A stretch of DNA of 64,000 bases from Chitinophaga pinensis (GCA_945874665.1 CAMCHJ010000008.1:3880-67879); one strand, 5' to 3'. Counted from the stretch's first letter, positions 29,900 to 43,294 are shown. Notes: generated by a model not told the origin, from the letters alone. Program-made: numbers and translations.

Positions 29900-30580
29900 T
29901 TAGTCGGTGATCAAAGCCTGGTTGAGGAAATGTACAAAAGGCGCCAACTGGCTGATAGACTCCTGAAAATACCTTAACAAAGCAGCATTACTTTCGAAGC
30001 TTGCTGGGTCGAACGGCTGCCTAAGTACAAAGCTCTTGTACTTTAAGTAGGCCAAGGCTGGGTGGTCTTGCTCGTAGCCCTTGGGCGGACGTGTGAGCTG
30101 TTCTCCCTCAAACGTAAATGCACCCAAGGCCGGTGCTTTTAGGATATCCTCGAAGGCCGTAAAGCCATAGTCGATTTCCTGGCGGATGTTTTTGAGCAAG
30201 GGTGCTTCGGGCATCCAAATGCCTGCTGCCATAAAACTGGCGCCGGGCTCAAAGTGCATGTAGTAGCCTGCGCCTGGGGATTTTTTGCCGCCATTGGCTA
30301 GATAAGCCGAAAAATTAGTCTTGTAGGGGTTTTTATTAGCCGAAAAGCGCACGTCCCGGTTGATACGGAAGATGCAGTTTTTGGCTTCTAGTCCAGCTAG
30401 ACTTGGATCTACCACGCTGGCCCTTTCAATCAAATCGGCCACAAAGGCAATAAAATCGAGTCTGAGCTGCTGGTAGCGGTCCCGCTCGCCATCAAACCAA
30501 GCCTTGTGATTATTGGGTTTGAGCGCTGTTAAAAAGCTGTACAGTGCTTTGAAATCGAGTTCGCCAGGCTGTTGCTTCAT
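29900..30580 (-). CDS. DUF2461 family protein
   Basis: NNHKAWF, IFRINRDVRFS.NK.PYK, YYMHFEPG, RPPKGY..DHP. Confidence 0.88.
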   Translation of the reverse strand: MKQQPGELDFKALYSFLTALKPNNHKAWFDGERDRYQQLRLDFIAFVADLIERASVVDPSLAGLEAKNCIFRINRDVRFSANKNPYKTNFSAYLANGGKKSPGAGYYMHFEPGASFMAAGIWMPEAPLLKNIRQEIDYGFTAFEDILKAPALGAFTFEGEQLTRPPKGYEQDHPALAYLKYKSFVLRQPFDPASFESNAALLRYFQESISQLAPFVHFLNQALITD

Positions 30581-31170
30581 AGCGCCTGCTTTTGCATCAT
30601 GCGCTGGATGTATTTGCCTACGATGTCGAATTCTAAATTGACGATGCTACCCACTTGTAGTTGGTGGAAGCTGGTGTGCTCGTAGGTATACGGAATGATG
30701 GCCACTGAAAAGGCATCGTCGGCGGCGTCTACCACCGTAAGTGAAACGCCGTTCACACAAACCGAGCCTTTTTCTACCACCATATTGCCCTTGCTGGGGT
30801 CGAAAGCAAAGCGGTACCGCCAGCTGCCACCTTCATCGGCCACCGAAATACACTGGGCGGTTTGATCTACATGGCCTTGTACAATGTGCCCGTCGAAACG
30901 GCCGTGTGCTGGCATGCAGCGCTCGAGGTTGATTTTGGCACCTGTACGCCAGTCTTGGAGATTGGTTTTTTGCAAAGTCTCCAAAATAGCCGTTACCGTA
31001 TGCTGTCCTTCACCCAAAGCCACCACGGTGAGACAAACACCGTTGTGCGATACACTTTGGTCGATTTTGAGCTCCCCAGAAATGGGTGATGCAATGGTGT
31101 AATGCATGTTTTGTGCTTCTTGGCGCATGGCCACCAGCTCGCCGAGCGTTTCAATGATTCCTGTAAACAT
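30577..31170 (-). CDS. ribE: Riboflavin synthase (alpha chain)
   Basis: MFTGIIE N-terminus, GVCLTV, NLER, GHIVQGHVD, KGSV.VNGVSLT. Confidence 0.96.
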   Translation of the reverse strand: MFTGIIETLGELVAMRQEAQNMHYTIASPISGELKIDQSVSHNGVCLTVVALGEGQHTVTAILETLQKTNLQDWRTGAKINLERCMPAHGRFDGHIVQGHVDQTAQCISVADEGGSWRYRFAFDPSKGNMVVEKGSVCVNGVSLTVVDAADDAFSVAIIPYTYEHTSFHQLQVGSIVNLEFDIVGKYIQRMMQKQAL

Positions 31171-31178
31171 AGCCTGAT

Positions 31179-33818
31179 TTAGCGCTTGATGGCCACCACA
31201 CCAACCCTATCTACCTGTGTGATGCCTTCTAACGTTCTGAAATTTATTTTAACGCGATAGTAATAAGTAGCTGCTTCCAAATCGTCGCCGAGCTGGTTTT
31301 TGCCCTCCCAACGCACCGCAGGGTTAATGGTGCGGAACACCTCTTGACCCCAGCGATTGAGGATGATCATGTCGATGCTTTCTACAAAACGCCAGCCTGG
31401 CATTGGCCCAAAAAGGTCGTTGATGCCGTCGCCGTTGGGCGTAAAAATATTGGGTAGCTCGTACAGGTTGCAGTTGTCAACACACACCTCATTGCTGTAA
31501 CCGCTTTCGTTTGTACTGCTGTCTACCGCCGTTAGTTTGTAACAACCCGCCAGGCTCGTCTGCAAATTCAAGTGCTCAAACTGCAGCGGTTGGTTCGCCG
31601 CCACCGAGTCGATGAGGGTGTAAGGCGCCGATAAGCTAGGCCGGTAGTAAATGCGCCACCGCAGGAGGTCGGGGGCACAAAACGACTCCTGTATCCAGCT
31701 CACTGTGTTCATAAACCGATCGCAGTCGGCCGCAACGCTGATATCAGGTGGACAAGGCGGAATGGTGTCGGTAGGCATTTTGCATGCAATCTGCGAATCG
31801 TTGAGCAAGGAATCGGGCAGCGACGCATTTTCAAATCCCCCAAAGGTGGTGAGGTAATAGCAGTACACCACGCCATTTACCAAATTGGTGTCCAGATAGC
31901 TGTTGCTGGTAGTGGTGGTCAAATACTCAAATGTGCCTGCCAAGTTTTCTTTGTAGATGTGTACCGAATCATTGAGCCAATTGGTGTTTGCCTCCCACTG
32001 CAGCAGCAGCTGACTGTCGAAACTACGGATGTCTAAATACACCGAGGAAGAAGCCGTAGCCTTGCCCACCTCGGTATTGCCGAGGGCATCAAAATCGATT
32101 TGGTAACAGTATTGCTTTTCGGTGGTGTTGAGGTTGAGGTCGGTAAACAGACTGTCGCGCAACACCGCTGCAAAACTGTTGTAGGTGCGCGTGCCGATGG
32201 CGGTGCGGTTGGCAGCCATCTGCAAGCCTTCGCTTCTGTAAAAGCGATAGCGATAGGGTGCCGGAAATTGAATGGTATCGAGCTCAACAGGACCCGTCCA
32301 TTGCAAATCGATGCTGCCCGTGCTTTGTGCCGTGGCCGTTACACTCACCTTTGTTAACAGCGGTAAATCGCGGAGCACCACTTCGCACACTTCGTTGGAG
32401 GTTATACTTTCGATGCCACCGAGTGGGTTGAACCTGGCCTGACTGAAAAAAGCGGTGACGCGGTAGCAAAACTCCTCTCCTGATGGCAAGCCAAGTCCGT
32501 TATTGTCGTCGATGTAAGTGGTGCTGGTGCGCCCCATCAACGTATCGATGAGCACATAGCCGGTGCTGGCGGGCACGCCGGTTTGGCAGGTATCGGGAGT
32601 AAAAGGCCCCGCACCTTGTTTGCGGTAAATTTTATACCCAAGTGCTTCGCTGCACGTATGGGGATCGTAGGTGACGGTGATTTTACCGCCGCTAGAATTG
32701 GCTTGAATGTTTTCGACAGGCGGTGGTATGATGCGCACATTCCACACTTGATAGGCTGTTAAGCGTGGATTACCATTGTCTTCGGCCCTAAAAATAACCT
32801 GGTATGGATCACGGCGAATGTGCCCACAATTGGTTTGCCAGCTAAACACCGAGCCTACCACCGTTTGAGCGGTGGCATCGTTGAATGTGGCAGGCGAATT
32901 GGTGAGGATACCACGCTGCGGCGCCAAGGGTGCGCCCACACCCGACAGCGTAACCATGTTGCCATCGCTATCTGAAGCTGAGATAAAGCCCGTGAGTAAG
33001 GTACCCGCGATCACACAGGTATCATTGGGCACTTTAATTTCAGGTGGTCGGTTGATGCATACCGATATGGTTACCTGAAAATCGCGGATGATGTTGCCAA
33101 TTTGCACGCCATTGCGCCATTCTCGGATGATGATGGCGAAGTTAAAAGTGCCTGGGGTATCTGGCGTATTCCATATAAAATCACCCGTTCTGCTGTTGAT
33201 GGTGAGGATTGGGGGCAGATTTGGGTAATAAAAGGTAGCTATGGGCAGGCCACCAGCGCCTCTGCAAGGCGTGAGCTCAAACGAAAGCGAATCACCATCG
33301 GGATCTACGGCACCAGGATTGTGTACGAAAAGCCTTCTCACACAACCATTGTCGATGGGTGGAAAATTGAGCACCGGCGAACTGTTGACCCCCAAAAAAG
33401 GATTGATGATGAGCTGCGTTTCGATGTGAAACGGCAAATTGATGGAGCTGGGAATGTTGTTGATACCGCCGATGCGGTTGGGGTCGGTAACCGATATGGT
33501 GTAGGTACCTGCGCCTGGAAAGATGTGGGTGGTGAGGTAGATGTTGCGAACGAGGTCATTGCCTACAAACACCCGGCTCGAGCGTTGCACGGTATCGATG
33601 CGGGTAGGGTTGCCGTAATTGAATGAAACGGGCAAAAATTGGCGGTCTGCTGCGTCTTGGTCTTTGGTGTAGGTAACCACCCTGATTTCGTACGTCAGGT
33701 TGTTTAAATGCCTAAATGTAATTTCGCCGCCCCGGTTGTGGGTTGCCTCAACCACCAAAGGCCCCAAAAATAGGAGCGCGAGCAGGAGGAACATACCTTT
33801 TTGTAGGCTTCTAACCAT
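31179..33818 (-). CDS. T9SS type-B CTD surface protein with Ig/FN3-like domains
   Basis: Signal peptide then ATHNRGGEIT, DPDGDSL, C-terminal PNIFTPNGDGIND.F...NRWG. Confidence 0.88.
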   Translation of the reverse strand: MVRSLQKGMFLLLALLFLGPLVVEATHNRGGEITFRHLNNLTYEIRVVTYTKDQDAADRQFLPVSFNYGNPTRIDTVQRSSRVFVGNDLVRNIYLTTHIFPGAGTYTISVTDPNRIGGINNIPSSINLPFHIETQLIINPFLGVNSSPVLNFPPIDNGCVRRLFVHNPGAVDPDGDSLSFELTPCRGAGGLPIATFYYPNLPPILTINSRTGDFIWNTPDTPGTFNFAIIIREWRNGVQIGNIIRDFQVTISVCINRPPEIKVPNDTCVIAGTLLTGFISASDSDGNMVTLSGVGAPLAPQRGILTNSPATFNDATAQTVVGSVFSWQTNCGHIRRDPYQVIFRAEDNGNPRLTAYQVWNVRIIPPPVENIQANSSGGKITVTYDPHTCSEALGYKIYRKQGAGPFTPDTCQTGVPASTGYVLIDTLMGRTSTTYIDDNNGLGLPSGEEFCYRVTAFFSQARFNPLGGIESITSNEVCEVVLRDLPLLTKVSVTATAQSTGSIDLQWTGPVELDTIQFPAPYRYRFYRSEGLQMAANRTAIGTRTYNSFAAVLRDSLFTDLNLNTTEKQYCYQIDFDALGNTEVGKATASSSVYLDIRSFDSQLLLQWEANTNWLNDSVHIYKENLAGTFEYLTTTTSNSYLDTNLVNGVVYCYYLTTFGGFENASLPDSLLNDSQIACKMPTDTIPPCPPDISVAADCDRFMNTVSWIQESFCAPDLLRWRIYYRPSLSAPYTLIDSVAANQPLQFEHLNLQTSLAGCYKLTAVDSSTNESGYSNEVCVDNCNLYELPNIFTPNGDGINDLFGPMPGWRFVESIDMIILNRWGQEVFRTINPAVRWEGKNQLGDDLEAATYYYRVKINFRTLEGITQVDRVGVVAIKR

Positions 33819-33927
33819 ACCTCATACAATGCAAAAAGGGCCTGATTTGTTGCATGTTAAGCTTAAATTTAAGCATAAAAAAATCCAGCAACAAGCGTTA
33901 CTGGATTTCTTAACAAAAATATGACGA

Positions 33928-34692
33928 TTAGTTACCTGGACCGAGCATGGCGCCGAGGTATTCGCGGTTTAAACGGGCAATGTTGGTGATGCTAATGCCC
34001 TTAGGACATTCGGCCTCGCAAGCACCTGTGTTGGTGCAATTGCCGAAACCGAGCTCATCCATTTTGGCCACCATCTTGCCAACACGCTCCTTGCGCTCTG
34101 GCTGTCCTTGTGGCAATAAAGCATACTGCGACACCTTGGCCGATACAAACAACATGGCAGAAGCATTTTTACAAGCCGCTACACACGCGCCACAACCGAT
34201 GCAAGCAGCGGCGTTAAAGGCTTCATCTGCATTTTCTTTCGGGATGGGTACGGCATTGCCGTCGGGTGCGTTACCGGTATTTACCGATACATAGCCCCCA
34301 GCCTGCTGTATTTTATCAAAAGCAGAGCGGTCTACTACCAAATCTTTCAACACCGGAAAAGGCGCGGCCCTCCAAGGTTCGATGGTGATGGTTTCACCGT
34401 CTTCGAAATGGCGCATGTGCAACTGACAGGTGGTGGTGCCACGCTGCGGTCCGTGTGCACGGCCGTTGATGTACATGCTGCACATGCCGCAAATGCCTTC
34501 GCGACAATCGTGATCGAATGCCACGGGCTCTTTCTGCTCCGAAATCAGTGATTCGTTGAGCACATCCATCATTTCGAGGAAGGAAGCATGGGTAGATACG
34601 TCCTTTAACTTGTAAGTTTCGAACTTACCTTTATCCTTGCTGCCTTTCTGACGCCAAACTTTCAGCGTGAGATTTAACGACTCTTTACTCAT
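33928..34692 (-). CDS. sdhB: Succinate dehydrogenase/fumarate reductase iron-sulfur subunit
   Basis: [33 protein letters not shown]. Confidence 0.95.
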   Translation of the reverse strand: MSKESLNLTLKVWRQKGSKDKGKFETYKLKDVSTHASFLEMMDVLNESLISEQKEPVAFDHDCREGICGMCSMYINGRAHGPQRGTTTCQLHMRHFEDGETITIEPWRAAPFPVLKDLVVDRSAFDKIQQAGGYVSVNTGNAPDGNAVPIPKENADEAFNAAACIGCGACVAACKNASAMLFVSAKVSQYALLPQGQPERKERVGKMVAKMDELGFGNCTNTGACEAECPKGISITNIARLNREYLGAMLGPGN

Positions 34693-36629
34693 TATTTGTA
34701 GCTCCTTTGTGTGAGTTTAACAACATCAAATTCGAGGTTTTCTTTGTGTAAAACCGGTTCAGCGTTTTCGCCCTGCCATTCCCAAGCCGATACAAACGCA
34801 TAGTTTTCATCGTCGCGTTTGGCTTCGCCTTCTTCGGTTTGACTTTCGAGGCGGAAGTGACCACCGCATGATTCATTGCGACTCAAGGCGTCGCGTACCA
34901 TGAGCTCGCCGAGTTCAATGAAGTCGGCCACACGCATGGCTTTGTCGAGCTCGGGATTAAACTCACCGATGCTGCCCGACAAGCGCAGGTCGCTCCAAAA
35001 CTCTTTGCGCAAATCCTGGATGAGGCTGATGGCTTTGGTTAAGCCCTCTTCACTCCTGGCCATACCGCAATATTCCCACATGATTTTGCCGAGGCGGCGG
35101 TGGAAACTCTCTGGCGACTGCTTGCCACCGATGCTCATAAACTTGTTGTAACGATCGGCCACCGCTTTTTCAGCAGCCACAAAGGCTTCGTGGTTTACAT
35201 TGATTTGGCCTGTGCCAATTTCATCTGCCAAATAATCACCAATGGTGTAAGGCAATACAAAATAACCATCAGCCAAACCTTGCATAAGGGCCGAAGCACC
35301 CAAACGGTTGGCGCCGTGGTCAGAGAAGTTAGCCTCTCCGATGGCGTACAAACCGGGCACATTGGTCATGAGGTTATAATCGACCCACAAACCGCCCATG
35401 GTATAATGCACCGCTGGGTAAATTTTCATAGGTGTTTTGTAGGGATTGTCGCCGGTAATCTTCTCGTACATTTCGAATAAGTTACCGTAACGTGCGCTGA
35501 TCACATCTTGGCCCATGCGGTTGATGGCATCGCGGAAATCGAGAAATACCGCCAAGCCGGTTGGCGCTACACCACGGCCTTCGTCACACACATCTTTGGC
35601 AGCGCGTGAGGCTACGTCGCGGGGAACGAGGTTACCAAAAGCTGGGTACTTGCGTTCTAAGAAATAATCGCGGGCCTCTTCTGGTAAGTCTGCCGCTACT
35701 TTTTTGCCTTGCTGGATGGCTTCGGCGTCGGCTTTGTGGAGGGGCACCCAAACGCGACCGTCGTTGCGCAGCGACTCCGACATGAGGGTGAGCTTTGACT
35801 GGTACTCGCCCGACTGCGGCAAGCAGGTTGGGTGAATTTGTGTGAAGCAAGGGTTGCCAAAAAACGCACCTTGTTTGTGTGCTTTCCAAGCTGCGGTTAC
35901 GTTTGAGCCCATGGCGTTGGTGCTCAAATAAAATACGTTTCCGTAGCCACCGCTGGCAATTACCACGGCATGTGCGCTGTGGCGCTCGAGCTCACCAGTA
36001 ATTAAGTTACGGGCAATGATGCCGCGGGCTTTGCCGTCGATCATCACCACCTCAACCATTTCGTGGCGCGTGAACATCTCTACCTGACCTTTTTCTACCT
36101 GGCGGTTGAGAGCTGAATAAGCGCCGAGCAAGAGTTGCTGTCCGGTTTGGCCCCGTGCATAAAATGTACGCGATACCTGGGTGCCACCAAACGAACGGTT
36201 GTCGAGCAAGCCGCCATAATCGCGGGCAAAAGGAACGCCTTGTGCCACACACTGGTCGATGATGCTGGCGCTCACTTCGGCCAAACGGTAAACATTGGCT
36301 TCGCGGGCACGGTAGTCACCGCCTTTTACGGTATCGTAAAACAAGCGATAGGTGCTATCACCGTCGTTTTGATAGTTTTTGGCTGCATTGATACCGCCTT
36401 GGGCTGCAATGGAGTGGGCGCGGCGGGGACTGTCTTGGAAACAGAAAGCCTTCACCTTATAGCCTAACTCTGCCAGCGAGGCAGCGGCTGAAGCACCAGC
36501 AAGGCCGGTACCTACTACGATGATGTCGAGTTTGCGTTTGTTGGCCGGACTCACCAAGCGAACGGTAGAACGGTATTTGGTCCATTTATCAGTAATGGGA
36601 CCAGCAGGGATTTTTGCGTCGAGCTTCAT
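34692..36629 (-). CDS. sdhA: Succinate dehydrogenase/fumarate reductase flavoprotein
   Basis: [45 protein letters not shown]. Confidence 0.95.
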   Translation of the reverse strand: MKLDAKIPAGPITDKWTKYRSTVRLVSPANKRKLDIIVVGTGLAGASAAASLAELGYKVKAFCFQDSPRRAHSIAAQGGINAAKNYQNDGDSTYRLFYDTVKGGDYRAREANVYRLAEVSASIIDQCVAQGVPFARDYGGLLDNRSFGGTQVSRTFYARGQTGQQLLLGAYSALNRQVEKGQVEMFTRHEMVEVVMIDGKARGIIARNLITGELERHSAHAVVIASGGYGNVFYLSTNAMGSNVTAAWKAHKQGAFFGNPCFTQIHPTCLPQSGEYQSKLTLMSESLRNDGRVWVPLHKADAEAIQQGKKVAADLPEEARDYFLERKYPAFGNLVPRDVASRAAKDVCDEGRGVAPTGLAVFLDFRDAINRMGQDVISARYGNLFEMYEKITGDNPYKTPMKIYPAVHYTMGGLWVDYNLMTNVPGLYAIGEANFSDHGANRLGASALMQGLADGYFVLPYTIGDYLADEIGTGQINVNHEAFVAAEKAVADRYNKFMSIGGKQSPESFHRRLGKIMWEYCGMARSEEGLTKAISLIQDLRKEFWSDLRLSGSIGEFNPELDKAMRVADFIELGELMVRDALSRNESCGGHFRLESQTEEGEAKRDDENYAFVSAWEWQGENAEPVLHKENLEFDVVKLTQRSYK

Positions 36630-36641
36630 GCCTTGTTAAAT

Positions 36642-37343
36642 TTAAGCTTGTTGAAGATACATCACCACCGGAATGATCGCGAAGAGCAAGGGAACGATGA
36701 CAGCATAAACAACACCAATGACTTCAATGAGTTTTTTATAACTGCTAAAACCTAGGCCCAAAGTTTGAAAAGCGCTCTGGAAGCCGTGGTACAAGTGAAA
36801 AGACAAAACCAACATGCCCACCACATAAATAAGCATGTACGGCAGGGTGCTGTAAGCGCTGGCCACCACGGTGTAAGCATCCAGCACTGCGAAATTCAAA
36901 CCATCGTAGGTGCCTGCTTCAATCATGGGTAAACCAGTACCAAATTTAAATTCGAACCAAAAGCTCTTCAGGTGCACAATTAAAAACAGCAGGATGAGGG
37001 TTCCGAGGATACCCATATTGCGTGAATTCCAATTTGACTGTACGTTTTTAGGCTTTCCACCATAGGCAATCGGCCGGGCAGCAGCGTTGGTACGTGTTAA
37101 CCAAATGCTGTAAATCACGTGCAGCACGATGAAAGCAAAGTTGAGTTTCGATACCAATTGAATCAAGCCATTGTTGGCCATGAAATAAGAGTAGCGGTTA
37201 AAAGCTTCTCCGCCATCGCCAGCAAGCAACTGCAAATTGCCAATGAGGTGGATTACCAAAAATAAAATGAGGAAAAGACCTGTGAGGGCCATCATCAATT
37301 TACGCCCAAGAGAAGAACGTAACAGCGTTGTAAACTTATTCAT
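36642..37343 (-). CDS. sdhC: Succinate dehydrogenase cytochrome b subunit
   Basis: KLMMALTGLFL..FL..HL.GN, HL.HGF.SAFQTLG; first gene of sdhCAB. Confidence 0.92.
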   Translation of the reverse strand: MNKFTTLLRSSLGRKLMMALTGLFLILFLVIHLIGNLQLLAGDGGEAFNRYSYFMANNGLIQLVSKLNFAFIVLHVIYSIWLTRTNAAARPIAYGGKPKNVQSNWNSRNMGILGTLILLFLIVHLKSFWFEFKFGTGLPMIEAGTYDGLNFAVLDAYTVVASAYSTLPYMLIYVVGMLVLSFHLYHGFQSAFQTLGLGFSSYKKLIEVIGVVYAVIVPLLFAIIPVVMYLQQA

Positions 37344-37435
37344 TTGGAGAATAGTAATATTTTAGAACTACGCAAAAATAAGGCTAGACCGCTCAGTTCA
37401 CAAGTTTGCAGGAAAGGAAAATAGGGAAAAATGCT

Positions 37436-37454
37436 GTTTAAAATCAGTCTAAAT
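37436..37454. promoter_or_regulatory. Candidate regulator box GTTTAAA-N5-TCTAAAT upstream of sdhC
   Basis: Imperfect match to the palindrome ATTTAGA-N5-TCTAAAT also seen before sufB. Confidence 0.45.
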
Positions 37455-37578
37455 AACCAACTCAACCAAGTCCGTGCGCAAACAGCCCAGCGGCAGCCTA
37501 CCTACTCGCCAAAACAGCCGTAACCGGCAAGCCTCTACACCTTGCTGCGGCTATTAAAGCCCCGCTCCTGTCTTCTTG

Positions 37579-37615
37579 AAAAAAAGAAAAGCCCCGGATT
37601 ATTTATCCGAGGCTT
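37579..37615 (-). terminator. Terminator after groEL
   Basis: AAAAGCCCCGGAT...ATCCGAGGCTT with an A-tract. Confidence 0.7.
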
Positions 37616-37639
37616 AATAATTACTTAAATAAACTTAGT

Positions 37640-39576
<1,937 letters not shown>

Positions 39577-39615
39577 ATTGTTTTGAATTTGTGTTTTTAA
39601 TGGATGTGTTCGATT

Positions 39616-39720
39616 GCACAGCTATTGTGCCAAGATGCAAAGTGGCGAAAAAGGCTGACAGCTTTGCGTAGATATTGCTTTATCCTGACAAAAATGGCAG
39701 TCGCATCTGCCAAAATGCAG
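39616..39720 (-). promoter_or_regulatory. Candidate sigma-54-like promoter plus upstream TGACA/TGGCA boxes for groESL
   Basis: Minus-strand TGGCACAATAGCTGT (good -24, imperfect -12); TGACA-AAAA-TGGCA at 39686-39699. Confidence 0.4.
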
Positions 39721-39878
39721 CATGACCCCTGCTTCTTTATGCACCCAAAAATGACCCGCTTTATCGCGAACGCCTCCCTTACAAACCACACCTGCTAACG
39801 CGGCCGAGCGGCCTTAAAGGCTGTAAAGCTGCGACCGCACAGCTAACCACTGCTTTGCGCCGGCCTCCTGCAGCGGGC

Positions 39879-39910
39879 AAAAAAAAGCCATCCTTTTCAG
39901 AATGGCTTTC
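39879..39910 (-). terminator. Terminator after secG
   Basis: AAAAAAAAGCCATCCT...AGAATGGCTTT. Confidence 0.65.
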
Positions 39911-39927
39911 CTAGAATTTATAACTGC

Positions 39928-40308
39928 TTATTCAGCTGGCGCTGCTTCAATCATTTCAACACCCGCTGGCTGCTCAGCTGCTGGATCGGCTGCTGGATTG
40001 GCTGCTGGAGCTGGAGCACCAGCTGCATTGATGGGCGCCTGCTCGGCTTTGTCCTTCAACAAACTGTTTTGTACTGCCATCTCGTCGCGTGGAATCCATA
40101 CGTTGATCATCATGGCCAATACAAAAAGAGAAATGCTCAATACCCAAGTAGCTTTTTCAACCACGTCGGTGGTGCGTTTAACACCCATGACTTGGTTGGT
40201 AGATGAAAAATTAGACGCTAAACCGCCGCCTTTTGGCTTTTGAACGAGAACGATGAGAATCATCAGGGCACATACCACAATGATTAAGATGGTGATGAAT
40301 GTATACAT
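39928..40308 (-). CDS. secG: Preprotein translocase subunit SecG
   Basis: IVLVQKPKGGGL, VEKATW, two TM helices. Confidence 0.92.
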   Translation of the reverse strand: MYTFITILIIVVCALMILIVLVQKPKGGGLASNFSSTNQVMGVKRTTDVVEKATWVLSISLFVLAMMINVWIPRDEMAVQNSLLKDKAEQAPINAAGAPAPAANPAADPAAEQPAGVEMIEAAPAE

Positions 40309-40357
40309 TTTAAATGCTTATGCTTTTGTTTGTTTTTTTCTTGAAATGGATGAGGAC

Positions 40358-41548
40358 TTAACTTTGAGCCCGTAACGCATCAATTCGGAGGGCAAAGTAA
40401 CTCATTTTATCGGGAAATTTCAAAATCAATTTTTGATAAATGCGGATGGCCTTTTTGTAATCATGCTGCGCCGCATAAATTCCTGCTAAGGTTTCGCTGG
40501 CTGGCAACTCATCATCCGATATGCTTTCGTAAGCTAACCGCCTGATTTCCTCTTCTACAGCTTTAGAGCTGGGCACTTCTTCGGCGCGATTTATTTGGGC
40601 TCGGATGGCCACAATTTGCTGATCTTGCTCCGGCGCCCGCAACAAATCTTGCTGCATGTGCTCCTGATAAAGTTGATCAAGCACTTCCTCGCTCTGTTCT
40701 CGCAAAGGCTTGCCGGCATAAAATTTAAACCAACTCAGACGGTCGTGCGGCTGCGCCATAAAATCGGCTGTTGCTTGTAGCTCCGATTGAGAACCATCAA
40801 CAGTGGTGCTTGCCTCTTGCGGTGCTGGAGCTGGAGCCTCGGGGACTGTAGGCGCTGCTTGTTCTGGTACGCTTACTTCAACTGCCAGAGCAGCTTCCAG
40901 TGCAACGATTGGCGCTTCGGCGGCCACCAGCGCTGCTGGCACAAGCACGGGCGGTTCAGGCCATTCTTCAACAGGCAAGCTGCCTTCAGTGGCGTTTTGA
41001 GCATCCGTTGTGGACAGCGGTGCTGCAATCGCTTCCGAAACAACTTCTGAAGGAGTGGCAGTGGTGCTGTTTGTGAGCACTGCCACTGGCTCATCGCTGG
41101 CCGCAGCTATCTCTGAGGCCACAAGCGCGTCAGCTGCAGCCACAGCTTGTACTTCTGCCAGGGGTTGCTGTACCGGCTGCTCCAACAAAGGTGCAGCCAA
41201 CTCGCTCAGTTCGACTGGCGCTGCCAAGGTAACTGGCTCCACGGCAGGTGCAGCAGCTTGCTCCAAAACCATCGCTGTGAGGCTTTCGGCTTCGATGACC
41301 TGCGCTACTTCCTCCGGCCAAATTTCTATCAACCGATACAACTGCTTGCGGTCGGGTAAAACACCCGCAGCATGGCGCAATTGTTTGTTAAACTTACTGC
41401 TGTTCTGCAATTTGTACTGCTTCAACAGCAAAAATTGCGCTGCTGAAAAGTAAGGATATTCGGCTACCATGTCTTCCAGATCAGACACAGCATGGTTGGC
41501 CATCTTGTGGGGATCTTGTACAAACGAAAGGAGCAGGTCTAAATTCAT
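40358..41548 (-). CDS. Conserved hypothetical protein with C-terminal TPR-like motif and Ala/Pro/Glu-rich linker
   Basis: N-terminal EYPYF; C-terminal SETLA.IY..Q..Y.KAI.IY.KLILKFP.K..YFA; lies between lptE and secG. Confidence 0.75.
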   Translation of the reverse strand: MNLDLLLSFVQDPHKMANHAVSDLEDMVAEYPYFSAAQFLLLKQYKLQNSSKFNKQLRHAAGVLPDRKQLYRLIEIWPEEVAQVIEAESLTAMVLEQAAAPAVEPVTLAAPVELSELAAPLLEQPVQQPLAEVQAVAAADALVASEIAAASDEPVAVLTNSTTATPSEVVSEAIAAPLSTTDAQNATEGSLPVEEWPEPPVLVPAALVAAEAPIVALEAALAVEVSVPEQAAPTVPEAPAPAPQEASTTVDGSQSELQATADFMAQPHDRLSWFKFYAGKPLREQSEEVLDQLYQEHMQQDLLRAPEQDQQIVAIRAQINRAEEVPSSKAVEEEIRRLAYESISDDELPASETLAGIYAAQHDYKKAIRIYQKLILKFPDKMSYFALRIDALRAQS

Positions 41549-42054
41549 TACCAGTTTACAAATGCCTTGTTGAAGATGTCATCAATCAATTGACGCACAA
41601 TATCGTCAATCAATTGGTTTTCTACTGCCTGTAAATCTTGTGTAGCATCATAATCAGCAAAGCGCCTAAATGTCTGCTCCCAATCGTCCTTCGGATTGAT
41701 CCTGCTGGTGTAAATCACCTTTACCCCAATGGTAAGCCGGCTCAAGGTGGTGGTTTCGTTGGCACCTGGTGCGGCAGGCAAAACGGCATATTCGGTAATG
41801 CTGCCCTCAAACTTGAGGTCGCCATCGGCTTCAAGCAAGCGCAAGCCGGTTTCGGCCAAAAATTTATCGCGCATGCGGTCTGATAGCACTTGCGCCAGCA
41901 CCGGCACCACAATAGGCGCGTTGTTTTCGAACTGAATGATGGTTAAACTGCGGGCCTCCGGCGGAATCGATGCGCCGCTGAAGCTGTAAATACCACAGCC
42001 ACCCAGGGGTAGCAACAGCACCACAAACAACAGCCACCTAAAAATCGATGTCAT
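41548..42054 (-). CDS. lptE: LptE family lipoprotein
   Basis: Lipobox LGGC-GIYSFSGASI, EGSITEY, DIFNKAFVNW. Confidence 0.8.
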   Translation of the reverse strand: MTSIFRWLLFVVLLLPLGGCGIYSFSGASIPPEARSLTIIQFENNAPIVVPVLAQVLSDRMRDKFLAETGLRLLEADGDLKFEGSITEYAVLPAAPGANETTTLSRLTIGVKVIYTSRINPKDDWEQTFRRFADYDATQDLQAVENQLIDDIVRQLIDDIFNKAFVNW

Positions 42055-43282
42055 ATTCCTTGATTTTGCGGTACAACGTGCGTTCAGAGATGCCGAGTTC
42101 GATGGCCGCGTTTTTACGCCGACCTTGGTGCTTTTTTAAGGCACGGGTAATCATTTGCCGCTCCACTTCTTCGAGGGAGAGGTTTTCTTCGATGTCTTCC
42201 ACATCGGGCTGCGAATCATAGCGCGAGCGGTAGTCGGTGTTGGGGGCGTTGCTCACAAATTGCGGACTGATGCTGAGGCTTTTTGACTCCTCTCCTTCGG
42301 CCACTAGGTTTTGGATATACACCTGCTCGGCAGCAGGCATGTCCTCCAAACGCTCCTGGGTAACCAAATGCCCAACCACTTTTTTCAGCTCGTTTAAGTC
42401 TTTTTTCATATCAAACAACACCTTGTATAAGATGTCGCGCTCATTAAGTTCTTCTTGCGCGCCGCCGTTGGGCAATACCATGGGCAACTGACTTCGGCTC
42501 ACCATGGGCGGCAGGTAGCGCAACACTTCCTCCCCTTCTACCAAACGAAATTGCTCGAGTACAGATACTTGTTCCGCTACATTTTTAAGCTGGCGGATGT
42601 TGCCTGGCCATGGGTATTGCTGCATGAACTGCATGGCTGGGGCATCTAGCTGAACGGCTTGCGTAGCGTATTTACCAGCAAAATCGACCGCGAATTTGCG
42701 GAACAAAAGCGGAATGTCCTCCGGCCGCTCCCGCAAAGCAGGTATGTGGATGGCTACCGTATTCATGCGGTAGTAGAGGTCTTCGCGAAATTTGCCTTTG
42801 CTGATGAGAGTGGGCAAGTCTACATTACTGGCAGCAATTACCCGCACATCGGTTTTGAGCACCTTGCTGGCACCTACTTTGATAAATTCGCCGGTTTCGA
42901 GCACCCGCAACAATCGGGCTTGGGTGCCCAACGGCATCTCGGCCACTTCATCTAAAAAGATGGTACCGCCGTTTACGGTCTCAAAATAACCCTGCCGAGC
43001 CTCGAAAGCACCCGTAAAGGAGCCTTTTTCATGCCCAAAGAGCTCTGAATCGATGGTGCCCTCCGGAATAGCACCGCAGTTAACGGCTATAAATTTGCCA
43101 TGCTTGCGGTTGCTGAGTTGGTGTAAAATTTTGGAAAACACTTCCTTTCCCACCCCGCTTTCACCCGAAATAAGCACCGACACATCGGTAGGCGCTACTT
43201 GGGTGGCAATACGCAGGGCATGGTTCAGCGAGGGCGCGTTGCCAATGATGCCAAATCGTTGTTTTACCTGTTGTAATTCCAT
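42038..43282 (-). CDS. Sigma-54-interacting AAA+ transcriptional regulator (no N-terminal sensor domain)
   Basis: GESGVGKE, ELFGHEKGSFTGA, FLDEV, FREDLYYR, WPGNIRQL, C-terminal Fis HTH (LGISERTLYRK). Confidence 0.92.
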   Translation of the reverse strand: MELQQVKQRFGIIGNAPSLNHALRIATQVAPTDVSVLISGESGVGKEVFSKILHQLSNRKHGKFIAVNCGAIPEGTIDSELFGHEKGSFTGAFEARQGYFETVNGGTIFLDEVAEMPLGTQARLLRVLETGEFIKVGASKVLKTDVRVIAASNVDLPTLISKGKFREDLYYRMNTVAIHIPALRERPEDIPLLFRKFAVDFAGKYATQAVQLDAPAMQFMQQYPWPGNIRQLKNVAEQVSVLEQFRLVEGEEVLRYLPPMVSRSQLPMVLPNGGAQEELNERDILYKVLFDMKKDLNELKKVVGHLVTQERLEDMPAAEQVYIQNLVAEGEESKSLSISPQFVSNAPNTDYRSRYDSQPDVEDIEENLSLEEVERQMITRALKKHQGRRKNAAIELGISERTLYRKIKEYDIDF

Positions 43283-43294
43283 GAGGTGGCTGTT

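Noticed and set aside
31171..31178. FMN riboswitch before riboflavin synthase
   Set aside because: Only 8 nt separate it from the upstream gene, leaving no room.
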